IMG/VR virus record: IMGVR_UViG_3300027734_000055
Span: 1 to 64,000 of that record
DNA from: a virus
DNA: 64,000 bases
Direction: 5' to 3' (one strand)
The notes under the pieces were generated by a model. The model did not search any database and had not been told where the DNA came from. It saw only the letters and a list, made by a program, of their open reading frames with translations. Positions 39,426-49,565 of this stretch are shown piece by piece (the first letter of the stretch is position 1; each line of letters begins with the position of its first letter). A program made the position numbers and the translations under genes.

Positions 39426-39795
39426 ATTTACCTTCCCCCTGCTTATAAAATATTAAGTGTGACCACTTAACTACTGGTTTTAAATTGTACCACGACTTTG
39501 GTTTTCGTATAGTGGTATCATGAAAATGTGTTGCTCCGTAACTATAATCTACTTCTAATCTATGTAATACTCTGTATGCTATGTTTTTATATTCTTGTCG
39601 GATCACCGAAGGTGGCTTGGTTAAACCATACCAACTAAACTGTGCTGGACGTTTCATTTCATAACATACGTTCTTGTGTTCAAACTCAGCTCTACGCATC
39701 AAAACGTAACCTACTGCGATTTGAGCTTCACGTGGTTCATGCGCCGACTCCATGTAAATGGTTGTGGCGAGGCATAACAATGCTTGATCTAGCAT
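39409..39795 (-). CDS. Cell wall hydrolase (SleB / Hydrolase_2 family)
   Basis: CLA..IY.E...E...Q.AV..V...R...C......QFSW...GATHFH...H..FY. Confidence 0.85.
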   Translation of the reverse strand: MLDQALLCLATTIYMESAHEPREAQIAVGYVLMRRAEFEHKNVCYEMKRPAQFSWYGLTKPPSVIRQEYKNIAYRVLHRLEVDYSYGATHFHDTTIRKPKSWYNLKPVVKWSHLIFYKQGEGKYARNP

Positions 39796-39823
39796 ATGTA
39801 CTCCTTTTCTTTAAGAACAGGTA

Positions 39824-40174
39824 TCAGTTCTTTCTTTTGGATTGTTCTTCGATATCGTCAGAAATAAGTTTGGTGTACCCAATAATATCTAGCCAATGAT
39901 CAGGCTCATTTGGGTTACCGTGTAAGATACGACCAACTTTGGTCATGATCATATCAAGCGATTCTTGTTGGGCAAAAGATAAATCCCTCCACCTTTCAGT
40001 GCCACGCATGATATTCTTTAATACTTGAATGGTTGTTGCTTTAGGTGCAAATGCCCCATGTGTTGCTTCTCTTTGTTTTAAAACGTCTACGATAGATATA
40101 GGATTACCCGCGCCCTCGTTTAAAACTGTTTTACTTCCTGTATAACTATTAAGAATTTTCTTCATTCTAGTCAT
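39824..40174 (-). CDS. Conserved phage protein (DUF6378-like)
   Basis: L..R...HG.F...LDMI..K..RI..G....DHW.DI.GY. Confidence 0.7.
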   Translation of the reverse strand: MTRMKKILNSYTGSKTVLNEGAGNPISIVDVLKQREATHGAFAPKATTIQVLKNIMRGTERWRDLSFAQQESLDMIMTKVGRILHGNPNEPDHWLDIIGYTKLISDDIEEQSKRKN

Positions 40175-40458
40175 TCTAACTCCTTTAGCATAGCTAATAG
40201 TTCCTGTATATTACCCTCATTTACCACGATTGCCAAGCCTTTCTGGGCAATGATCTGCTTGATGTTGTGTTTTTGCAACAACGTAGGTTCATTGTTTCCG
40301 GCCTTACATTCGATGCCAATGAAGCGTCCTTTGTAACACGCGATGATGTCAGGCACACCACTCCTACCAAATCCCGCAGTCATAGGGGAAAAGTGGTATG
40401 CACCTAGATCATCTAATATTTTCTTGACATGCTTCTTTACTTTACCTTCCGGTGTCAT
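40171..40458 (-). CDS. VRR-NUC nuclease
   Basis: MTPEGKVK...GVPDIIAC..G.F..IECKA....T.LQ; start adjusted. Confidence 0.88.
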   Translation of the reverse strand: MTPEGKVKKHVKKILDDLGAYHFSPMTAGFGRSGVPDIIACYKGRFIGIECKAGNNEPTLLQKHNIKQIIAQKGLAIVVNEGNIQELLAMLKELE

Positions 40459-43400
40459 TTCAATATACCCCAACAGATTTGTAATTTATTCCAAAAAGAT
40501 AATTTCTTTGTGTTTGCTACCATATAATCTGATAATGCTTTTTGAATACCCGCTTGCAATATAACTTCTCTACCCGCTTGGTTCATGTCTAATGTTAATT
40601 TGCAATCGCCTTCGTTTGTATCTTTAATGCTCACTACTTTTATGTAAGGCTTAGCCATTTGTTTCTCCTAGATTGTAGGTATCACGTTGATTTCAGATTG
40701 GCTTGATGTCCATACGCTACCCGCTTCATTACCCTCGTCATCAGACATCGCAATGATCCAATGGCCATCAGTAAACTCAATGACAAGACCTGACTTAATC
40801 CAACCGATGTCTTCTGTTTCTCTATCGTTTAAATATCTGACACGTCGTATGGTTTTACCTACCAAGAAATTACTTGCAAGGTTTCCCCAATGTTCTCTTA
40901 GTTCTGCATTAGTATGTTCAATCACGCTTATCTGTTCCATCTTGTTTCTCCTTTAGTTTAAATCGTTCTGATCCTTTGTTTATCAAACGTGCGTATGCAC
41001 TTGCGTCTTCTAACGCGCTGTCTTCGAACAGTGATTGCTCTTGTATTACGTCTTCTAATGTTCTATCCATATTAATCCTCACATACTCCACCTACGCAGG
41101 CACGAGCGATGATCTCATTTTCTAAATCATTGTATGCGTCTGCTTGGATTAAGTGATCTCTATATTTAACGAGACGTTCATAGAGTGTGTGGTCAGACTC
41201 TAGTACCGATGCCTTGACAACTAGACCCTTCTCGCGTGCGGTCTCGGATAATATGGTAGCTACATGGTCACTTGGTTCTACGCCCCATGTCTCTACTTGG
41301 TTTAAATATGTATCGTCCATGGATACTTCTACTACTACGCTAAACTTGGCCATGCTTTTCTCCTAATGAATTGTTTGTTCTTCTTCGTCACGCTTTTTCA
41401 TTTCTTGTGCATCGATCCACGCGATTGCTTCTGTCTTACATTGTTCTATTTCGTCATCACTAAGTCGCTCTGATATCTCTTGTGCAATTAGTACTACTTT
41501 GTTATGTGCCTCGTCTGTAGGGGCAGTGATCGCCAAGATCAGTGCGTGGGTTAGTGCTTCTCTGTCATTGTTAATGATAGCCATGATTTACCTCATCTCA
41601 ACAAAGTAATAAGCAAAAGAAATACACTGATACCCCAACCTACTATCTCACTTACAATCAATCGTCTGTATCTAGATTTTGGTATCGTCACATATTCACT
41701 CATATATATTTCCCTTTCATAGTTTCTATAACTTGCTGATGGCGGTGTTTTAAATATCGGTTTTGTTTTCATTCTTCTTCTCCTCAAAGTTTTTTAATGA
41801 TTGCATATACTGATTTGTTGCAAAGTTAATACCTCTTATTACACCGAGTCGCATAGCATCGTAGAACATCTTTGCATCTTTTTCTTTTCGTTCTCTTTTG
41901 TGTTCGTCAGCATATGCGTAATACTCGGCCACTGCTACCTCGATAATATCCTCTTCAAACTTGCGTTTCTTTTCTTCGTTGACTTGATGTTGTGTCATCA
42001 TGCCCCCCAATACTTACTATTAATTTCAGTAAACATATCTTGAATCGTTTCATCATCGAACACTTCGTTGTCAAAGTGTGACTTCGGATATCTACTCTTT
42101 AAATACTCATCTATACAAGTTCTCATCTCGTTAATACTTGGTACTCTCATATCAATACTCATTGAAAAATCCTCCTTATACCATCAAAAATACCTAGTAA
42201 ATCATTAGGTTTTAAATCGTTCTTGTTAAATGAAAATGGCGTCTTCCTACCATTACCATGCACCACATACCCTGTCACTACTACTTGCTCTACTATGTAT
42301 TGCTTTTCTTTTTTAGTAGTCATAACTCTTGTGTTCCTCTTCTCTTTCTTTGTTTAATAAGTATTGCTCTGTGTCACTCATAGGTGGGTCATATACTTTA
42401 CCTGAACCCCTTACCATTTGTCTATCAATTTCGTCTAGTTCTTTTTCTCTATCCATGAGGTCTTGCCCTGTTAAGAAATGGTTCTCATGGCAACAACTTA
42501 ACTTGTCATTCTGTTCTGCGTAGCAATAAACACAGTAATAAACATCTTTTTCAAAGTCATCACTCATCGTCGTCCTCCTCGTATAAAGTTTTTAAGATAA
42601 ACTTTGCCCATGATTCTGCTTTTTCCCCATCAATCAAGGATACAATGTCTATCCCCATATCATCGGCAACCTCGTTAGCCTCTTGTAAGTCTTTGCACTT
42701 ACCTACACAATACATATCGCCCTCGTTGCTTATTCCATACCATTTACTCATCTTGTCCTCCTAGTTTAGATTTAATTCTTTTCTTACTTCTAATTCTTTT
42801 TCCCACTTTTCTTCTTGGTGTCTTTCTTCCTCAAGTTCTGTTAAGTAGTCATCTACATATTGTGCTAGGTGTTCGGGGAAATTTATCTCTTCTTTTTTAC
42901 CATCTTCCCATTCGATATCCATAACTAACTTCCATGATGTTATTCTTTTTATATCACTCATACATTTACCTCCATGTTGTCAGCACAATTATTAAATCGT
43001 TTTGTTGCCTCGTGTCTTATGTCGTCCATGAGTTTAAGATATTCTTGTGGGTCTTCTACTCCCTCAATCTCATCGGCGTCTTGCATTGCGTTTAAGACAT
43101 TCTTATATATCTCGTTGGCTCTACTCATCATCAATCACCTCGTCTATGTCATCTACCTCAAAATTAGCCGAGTCAATTACATCTTCCTCATTAGCCGTTT
43201 CAACAAAGGTGTTGTATGCCTCGTCCTCGTTCTCTGCCTCTACTATCTTTTCATAGAATATTGTTTCTGTTGCCGTCACTAGATATTTCTTTTTCATGTT
43301 CCCTCCCTTTCAAAGTAATTCATACATTGTTCATAGATACCATTGAATAAGTCTTGTCCTAACTCTGTGTTGCATGAGTTTCCGTCTTCGTCCTCTGTAA

Positions 43401-45019
43401 TACATTTGCCTTCCAAGTCCAACAAAAATACTACATCATCATAGATTGCCTCTGCCAACTCCCCTGCTTTTTCATTTGGTGAATTGTCTATTACTTCTGT
43501 GCCGTCAATGAGTTTCATGTTATGCCTCGTATGCTCTTAAATAATCGTCAACTGCGTCTTCTACCTTTTCACCTATATATGAACCTTTGATGAGTTCGAT
43601 GCAATCCTCGTCTGAAAATGTATAACCTCGCTTTAATGCCTCTACTTTGATTTCATCATGGGTCATATCGCTCTTACCTAGTTTGCTTCTGTATATCTCG
43701 TTTGTGACTCGTTCTATTTCGTTAAATAGGTTCATGCTTGTGCCTCCAATGGTTTAACTTCTTCTGCCTCTGTTCCATAAATTTCCATGGTTTCGTAGTC
43801 TTCTTGGTTCTCAAACTCACCTATCTCGTTTGATTCGTGGACTTGGTTAATCGCTTCGTCCTCGGACTCGGCTTCTACATAGAACACTTCGCACTCGGTA
43901 AACGAAACTCTTCTTGGTATGCTGACTTTAAATGTTTTCATAGTGTTTCCTCCTTAAAAGATACATCACAAGTTAACTTCCAATTATCAAAATACCCTTT
44001 TCTTTCTATACCAAACTCCATCAACTTATCTTCAAACATCTTTAGTATTTCCTCATACATATCCTCACTGATGTCCGATAGGTCTGCTTGTAGTCCGTTG
44101 TTCTCTACGAATACTTCTGCCTTTGCTTGCATTACTTCGTCTTCGATGTTGATAGTCATACTATCCTCCCTATTGACTCCATGAATAACTCTCTTAACTG
44201 AATGTCTATGTTCTCACCTCGTCGGTGTTTCTCGTATAGCGTGGTAAAAGGTAGCCTTTCCATGACAACATAGTCCCTTTCTCGTGCTTCCTCTGCTATG
44301 TCTTCGTCATCAACTAAACCTAGATCGATTGACATATACTCGGTGTTAATTTCACCCTCGTTGCGTTTGATATCTACTATCATAGTATTTTCCCTTTTAA
44401 TAAGTCGTTAATTAAAGCTATATAGCTACTTGCCATGACTGATTTAAACTTTGGGTCAGTAAGCCCTCCTAAAAATTGCTCGGCATCACTCGGTGTTAAA
44501 AATGCCTTTGTTAATTGTTTATTAGTATAAGAATTGTATCCACTTGCTAAAAAGACCTTAACCATGTTATTCCCCTAGTTTGCGTTGTTGAAGTTTGATG
44601 ATGTGATACCCTGTGACACTTTCATATCCGAGTGTTTCTAATACTTCGTGAGGGTTTGGGTAATACCCTTCCTCTTCTTCAAACTTTTTAGCTTCTTCGT
44701 CATACTCGGTTTCCAAATCTTTATGATCTCTAAAATCTATGCTCTCGTTTACATCTGATGCGTCATAGGTGCAACTATCCCCTACAATTACATACAACAA
44801 GTCCTCGTCTTCTTTAGGGTTCATAGAAAAACTAGCGATATCTACCCATTTAAAGTCTTCATGTTGTTGAAGGGGAACGAGGGTATAGTCCCCTATTATC
44901 TGAATATCTGCCCACTTCTGTTCACCGAATGCAAAGACTCGCTTTCCGTCTTTTTCCCATATCTCACAATCCCACGATGACCATTTATAAGGTCTTAACA
45001 TTTTTCTCTGCTTTTCCAT
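40455..45019 (-). other. Array of ~20 small early ORFs, mostly acidic, function unknown (40455-40658, 40668-40940, 41072-41353, 41363-41584, 41593-41772, 41750-42001, 42159-42323, 42313-42567, 42560-42751, 42761-42961, 42958-43131, 43121-43297, 43294-43518, 43520-43735, 43732-43941, 43938-44159, 44156-44383, 44380-44565, 44567-45019)
   Basis: Contiguous - strand ORFs with GGAG RBSs and ATGA/TAATG overlaps downstream of a TTGACA promoter; several <60-aa ORFs translated by hand. Confidence 0.75.
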
Positions 45020-45057
45020 ATTGCCTCCTAGTTAATAAAATATACTGCCTGTCACTA

Positions 45058-45085
45058 ATCATACCTATCCTATACTATATGTCAA
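45058..45085 (-). promoter_or_regulatory. Early sigma70 promoter TTGACA-16-TATGAT
   Basis: Consensus hexamers upstream of the GGAGG RBS of 44567..45019. Confidence 0.8.
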
Positions 45086-45222
45086 GTAGTATTTACTAAT
45101 TATATTTATAGGGGTTTTGTAGGTCGGCTTGTTTAATACTTGAGTGATCTACTAGGGTTTTACTGCCTATATACTTGACTCTTTTACTAGGTTATCTCTG
45201 CCAAAACTATGTTTACCTTTTA

Positions 45223-45637
45223 AAACAATGACTTACCTAGTTTTACTTGGTTTTGAGTCCCTCGTAAGTGCTTGATTATAAACATGTTCTCAATGTTCTA
45301 CTTTGTTAACTTTACGAATAGCTACATGGAACATGGAAATAGAGAGGAAATGAAAATGGTAAGTCCTTGTTATATATAAATAAATATTTTTATTATTATT
45401 ATTATAATGCTTATTTTTTGTGCAATGTTCCATGTTCTTGCTCTTCGACGATAGTGATAGGGGTTTTGCTTTTCACTGCGCAAAGAGCCTTCTTTGTCAC
45501 CAAGTCTTTCCAAGTTTTACCCTCCGTCCCCTATGTTAACCGAGTAGGAACATGGGAACAAACCTTGTAAATCAAAGACTTACCTAAAAAAAGTAGGAAC
45601 ACAGAGTGGAACAAAGTAGGAACAAAGTGGAACATGG
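45223..45637. promoter_or_regulatory. Non-coding region with IHF consensus sites and GGAACA iterons (candidate origin or packaging region)
   Basis: WATCAANNNNTTR matches at 45265-45277 (-) and 45570-45582 (+), one-mismatch copy at 45223-45235; clustered GGAACA/TGTTC repeats. Confidence 0.55.
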
Positions 45638-45765
45638 CTTTTCCGAGGTTAAACTTGGTCATGACTAGGGAATTCCCCGTGAGCAATTGGCTTTGATACC
45701 TGTTCCCTCCCCCGTCTCGTACGATCCCCCCTAAATTAAATACTTGAGTAAAACAGTCAACTACT

Positions 45766-45798
45766 AAAAAAGAAAAAGCCCTACTTTGAATAGGGCTT
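45766..45798 (-). terminator. Rho-independent terminator of the first early unit
   Basis: Reverse strand AAGCCCTA-TTCAAAG-TAGGGCTT followed by TTTCTTTTTT. Confidence 0.75.
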
Positions 45799-45927
45799 AG
45801 TCTCACTGAGTTAACTAGGTTTAACTCAGTTATCACGCGGGTTGACCTTGCTGACAGCGTTCACTTTGTTTAACTTGGTTAAACCGCATGAGCTGATATG
45901 TGGCCTTGAATATTAAGTAATGCATGG

Positions 45928-46095
45928 TTATGCCTCGGGGTGATTGTGTGTGAATGCTTCTTGGCCTAGTCTAATTAGTTTAACGGCCTCCATGATAGTT
46001 AACCCGTGATGCTCGGCATACTTTTCATAGGTTAAGTAATTATTACGCCAGTCTAAATAGATATTGATTAACGTGGTTCTGTTTTCTGTAAACAT
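45928..46095 (-). CDS. Small early hypothetical protein
   Basis: GGGGG RBS before MFTENRTT; Y.DW.NNYLT.EKYAEH.G motif. Confidence 0.7.
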   Translation of the reverse strand: MFTENRTTLINIYLDWRNNYLTYEKYAEHHGLTIMEAVKLIRLGQEAFTHNHPEA

Positions 46096-46105
46096 GGTGA
46101 CCCCC

Positions 46106-46426
46106 TTAGAATTGCTGAAATATAAAATGGTTAACGCCGTCAACCTCATGAGAACCTAGCAACCAAGTGTTATCTTGTAAAAAGTCCTCGACCTCCTCGC
46201 TATCTCCGACCATATCGCCGTAAGTATCTCTGACTTCTTTTTCTGATAGCTCACTAAAGCCACAGCATAGGGCGATAACATCAAGTTCCATATCTTCACC
46301 CGCGTCAACCTCGTACTGTTCAAGGGCATTGAATAGAATCTCTAAGCCCTCATAGCTAAACTGCTCACCTCTTCCCATATCTTTAAATGCTTTTCTAAAA
46401 TCATAATCGTTGATTGTCTGATACAT
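46106..46426 (-). CDS. Highly acidic early protein (possible DNA mimic / anti-restriction)
   Basis: 26 D/E vs 6 K/R in 106 aa; first gene after a TTGACA promoter; GGGAG RBS. Confidence 0.6.
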   Translation of the reverse strand: MYQTINDYDFRKAFKDMGRGEQFSYEGLEILFNALEQYEVDAGEDMELDVIALCCGFSELSEKEVRDTYGDMVGDSEEVEDFLQDNTWLLGSHEVDGVNHFIFQQF

Positions 46427-46465
46427 AATTAAACTCCCTAGTTATTAATTAAATACTACGATTCA

Positions 46466-46493
46466 AGGATACATTAATTAAAATAAATGTCAA
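46466..46493 (-). promoter_or_regulatory. Early sigma70 promoter TTGACA-16-TATCCT
   Basis: Consensus -35; upstream context shared with promoters at 45085 and 32045. Confidence 0.7.
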
Positions 46494-46529
46494 CTAATAT
46501 TTTACAATTATAAGCAAATAGATAAAAGG

Positions 46530-46565
46530 CCCCCACCTCGGACCCCTACCCACCCCCCACCCCCC
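46530..46565 (-). other. G-run tract (potential G-quadruplex)
   Basis: Reverse strand GGGGGGTGGGGGGTGGGTAGGGGTCCGAGGTGGGGG in an AT-rich genome. Confidence 0.65.
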
Positions 46566-46844
46566 AAAAATTTTAAAAGGAATTATTTTTTATCTTCTAC
46601 ACTTAGACTTACACGAACGATGTAATAAAAAGTGAAATACCCCCATACCAAATAAAAAGGGTAAACAAAAAAATATTTTGCAAAAAAAGTTGAAAGTTTA
46701 GTTAGTAAAGTTTCATTCAAAAGAAAGGAAAAGGTAAAACGAATGAAAACAAAAGGAGGGCGCAGATTTAATAGTTAGTGCATACTAAGTAGAAAGCCAA
46801 AAAATACTTAGCTTACTATGTCCTCTGATGTTGGCTTGACCGCC

Positions 46845-47186
46845 CTAGATTGCTTTTGGATCGAGGTTATAAAGCTCGCAGTAGGTATTAGACAAAGCCT
46901 TAAAAGATCTACCATGTTTATCCCAGGCCGGGTCTTTAGAAACATAGAGGGCAAGATGTGCCATCTCGTGAAGCAAAGTTGATTGAATAGTATAGAAGTG
47001 ACCACATACTTCGGAGCTTATTTCGATAGCCATGTCAACTTCGTCAAAACAACCGTATATATCTATACTTTTAATAACACGGAATTTAAGTTTACTTGCG
47101 GGAGGGAGTTTAAATTTATCGAATGGAGGCAGCTTAGCAAACGCCGTGTACAAAATAGCTAGGTATTGTGGCTTTAAAACTGTCAA
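46845..47186 (-). CDS. SprT-like zinc metalloprotease
   Basis: TLLHEMAHL (HExxH) and downstream HGRSFK; probable TTG start at 47186 overlapping the upstream TGA. Confidence 0.75.
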   Translation of the reverse strand: MTVLKPQYLAILYTAFAKLPPFDKFKLPPASKLKFRVIKSIDIYGCFDEVDMAIEISSEVCGHFYTIQSTLLHEMAHLALYVSKDPAWDKHGRSFKALSNTYCELYNLDPKAI

Positions 47187-47305
47187 AATGAAAAAACCTG
47201 AAAGAAATACCAAGCAGTATTACCAGTAAAAACAAGTTCAGCCTCAGCGGTATGAATCCACCAAAGCAAAATCCCTGCAATAGTAATTAGAATTAAGTCT
47301 TTCAT
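47183..47305 (-). CDS. Small hydrophobic peptide (40 aa, not in ORF track)
   Basis: MKDLILITIAGILLWWIHTAEAELVFTGNTAWYFFQVFSF*; TAAAAT -10 six nt upstream. Confidence 0.5.
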   Translation of the reverse strand: MKDLILITIAGILLWWIHTAEAELVFTGNTAWYFFQVFSF

Positions 47306-47337
47306 AAGAGTATTTTACCTCTTTTTAATATAAACTA

Positions 47338-47346
47338 TGTTACAAT
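47338..47346 (+). promoter_or_regulatory. Extended -10 promoter (TGnTACAAT) for the packaging operon
   Basis: TGTTACAAT ~47 nt upstream of ATG 47393, at the strand switch. Confidence 0.55.
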
Positions 47347-47392
47347 CGGCAATAAAGCTGCAAATAATTTCACAAGGTGTAATCAGCGACAC

Positions 47393-48046
47393 ATGACAGA
47401 CCCGAATACTCAACAAAATCAACAAGATAAACCCAATAACGACGTGGTTATTGTGCCTTTTATCGAAGAAAATATACCTATACCCAAGAATGCTAGGGAT
47501 GCCCTACCAAGTATGACGTCGGAAGACGAAGTTATGCTCAGGGCGCAAACTATTAAAGAAGTAAGTGACATTATGGGTGAAGAAATTGTGCCAAATGCAA
47601 AAAATATTAAAGAAGCTGAAGATTTAGCACGCAAAATGGTAGAAAACCCAGGCCTAAAACAAGAATACGGTATATATGCTAACGAAACTGTGGCTTACTT
47701 AGGTGGGTTAGTAGGAACTTACAACCACATGATCGTAAAAGACCTAGCAGATTTGAAGTTATTCGTAGTAAATAAGTTGGTCGAAATTGTGCATCACCAA
47801 GATAGTAATATAAAAGAACAAATTACAGCATTAAGATCTATTGGTGAGGTCGATGGCATAGATGCATTTAAGAAGAAGACAGAAGTCATCCACAAAATGG
47901 AGACAATGGAAGAAGTTGAAACTGAGTTACTATCCATGTTGAAAGAATTAAAAGCGAAAGCATTATTAAAGCCTAAATCAGAAACGATAGACGCAGAAAT
48001 TGTAGAAGATGACAGAGACGACACCGAAACCAAAACTGACAAGTGA
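47393..48046 (+). CDS. Putative terminase small subunit
   Basis: Immediately upstream of and overlapping TerL; helical, ALR.IG....DAF motif. Confidence 0.65.
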   Translation: MTDPNTQQNQQDKPNNDVVIVPFIEENIPIPKNARDALPSMTSEDEVMLRAQTIKEVSDIMGEEIVPNAKNIKEAEDLARKMVENPGLKQEYGIYANETVAYLGGLVGTYNHMIVKDLADLKLFVVNKLVEIVHHQDSNIKEQITALRSIGEVDGIDAFKKKTEVIHKMETMEEVETELLSMLKELKAKALLKPKSETIDAEIVEDDRDDTETKTDK

Positions 48047-49556
48047 GAATATTGAGGAACTAGAGTCCCTATTCCAAGTAGCAGACCCAGCGGACAAAGT
48101 TAAACTTCAAAAACTTCTTAAAACTTATAAGAGCAAGGTTGTCGAAAAATCGGGTAAAGATAATTTTTTAGATTTTATACAACATGTATACCCAGGTTAC
48201 ATTATAGGAGAGCACCATAGAAAACTTGCGCAAATATTTGAAGACATTGCCAATGGAATCAAGAGAAGAGTTATTGTTAATATTGCGCCACGACATGGGA
48301 AGTCTGAGCTTATCTCATATCTTGCGCCTGCTTGGTTTCTTGGAAAGTATCCTCATAAGAAAGTTATTATGGCGTCTCATACCGCTGATCTTGCTGTTAA
48401 CTTTGGTCGTCGCGTTAGAAACTTGGTGGGTGCTGATGCATACAAAGATATTTTTCCACAGGTAGAACTACAAGCTGACAGTAAATCGGCATCACGATGG
48501 GGGACAAACTTTAATGGAGAATATTTTGCAATTGGTGTGGGTGGTGCCCTCGCTGGTCGCGGGGCTGATTTGTTTATCATTGATGACCCACACTCTGAAC
48601 AGGATGCTAAGCTTGGACGAGCTGATGTATTTAAGCCTGCTTGGGAGTGGTTTCAGTCTGGCCCTCTTCAACGTCTTATGCCGGGTGGCGCGATTATTGT
48701 AGTAATGACTCGGTGGTCTAAGTTAGACTTGACTGGTGAGATTGTGAACCAGATGGTGAAGCAAGAAGGTGTAGACGAGTGGGAAGTAGTAGAGTTCCCG
48801 GCTATTATTGAGAATAAACAAGGTGAAGAAGAATCACTCTGGCCTGAATTCTGGCCACTCAAAGAACTCTTAGCAAAGAAGGCAGCGCTAGATGTTCGGT
48901 ACTGGAATGCTCAGTATTTACAAAACCCGGTATCAGAAGAAGGTGCGCTAATTAAAAGAGAGTGGTGGAAGATATGGGAAGGTGAAGATCCGCCTCAATG
49001 TGAATTCACCATTATGTCACTGGATGCCGCACAGGAAGCGACAAACAGGGCAGACTATAATGCATTAACAACTTGGGGTGTCTTTTTTAACGAAGAAACC
49101 AATAATTATAATATAATACTATTAAATAGTATTAAACAACGACTAGAGTTTCCTGAGCTTAAAGAGCTTTGTATACAAGAGTATAAGGAATGGGAACCTG
49201 ATGCGTTTTTAGTTGAAAAGAAATCTAACGGCGCTGCACTCTATCAAGAGTTTAGACGGATGGGTATTCCTGTCGGTGAATTTACACCTGGTAAAGGTCA
49301 AGATAAAATCAGTCGAGTAAATGCCGTGTCAGATCTATTTAGAAGTGGTATAGTGTGGGCTCCAGATAGACGATGGGCACATGAGGTTATAGAAGAGTGT
49401 AATGATTTCCCAAGTGGTGCTAATGACGACCTTGTAGATAGTACAACACTTGCATTAATGAGATTTAGACAAGGCGGATTTATTAGATTACCAAGTGATG
49501 AACCCGATGAAGTTTATGGATTCAGAAGCAACAGTAAAAAATTATATGCATTATAA
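48009..49556 (+). CDS. terL: Terminase large subunit
   Basis: APRHGKS Walker A, IIDDP Walker B, MTRW, nuclease SLD...DY....DDLVDS. Confidence 0.95.
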   Translation: MTETTPKPKLTSENIEELESLFQVADPADKVKLQKLLKTYKSKVVEKSGKDNFLDFIQHVYPGYIIGEHHRKLAQIFEDIANGIKRRVIVNIAPRHGKSELISYLAPAWFLGKYPHKKVIMASHTADLAVNFGRRVRNLVGADAYKDIFPQVELQADSKSASRWGTNFNGEYFAIGVGGALAGRGADLFIIDDPHSEQDAKLGRADVFKPAWEWFQSGPLQRLMPGGAIIVVMTRWSKLDLTGEIVNQMVKQEGVDEWEVVEFPAIIENKQGEEESLWPEFWPLKELLAKKAALDVRYWNAQYLQNPVSEEGALIKREWWKIWEGEDPPQCEFTIMSLDAAQEATNRADYNALTTWGVFFNEETNNYNIILLNSIKQRLEFPELKELCIQEYKEWEPDAFLVEKKSNGAALYQEFRRMGIPVGEFTPGKGQDKISRVNAVSDLFRSGIVWAPDRRWAHEVIEECNDFPSGANDDLVDSTTLALMRFRQGGFIRLPSDEPDEVYGFRSNSKKLYAL

Positions 49557-49565
49557 GGATTAATT

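Noticed and set aside
45545-45637. CRISPR array or mini-array from GGAACA repeats
   Set aside because: Units are only 6-11 bp without unique spacers of CRISPR length
45367-45836. ORFs 45367..45570 (+) and 45531..45836 (-)
   Set aside because: No RBS, low-complexity translations, and they overlap repeats and a terminator; likely spurious
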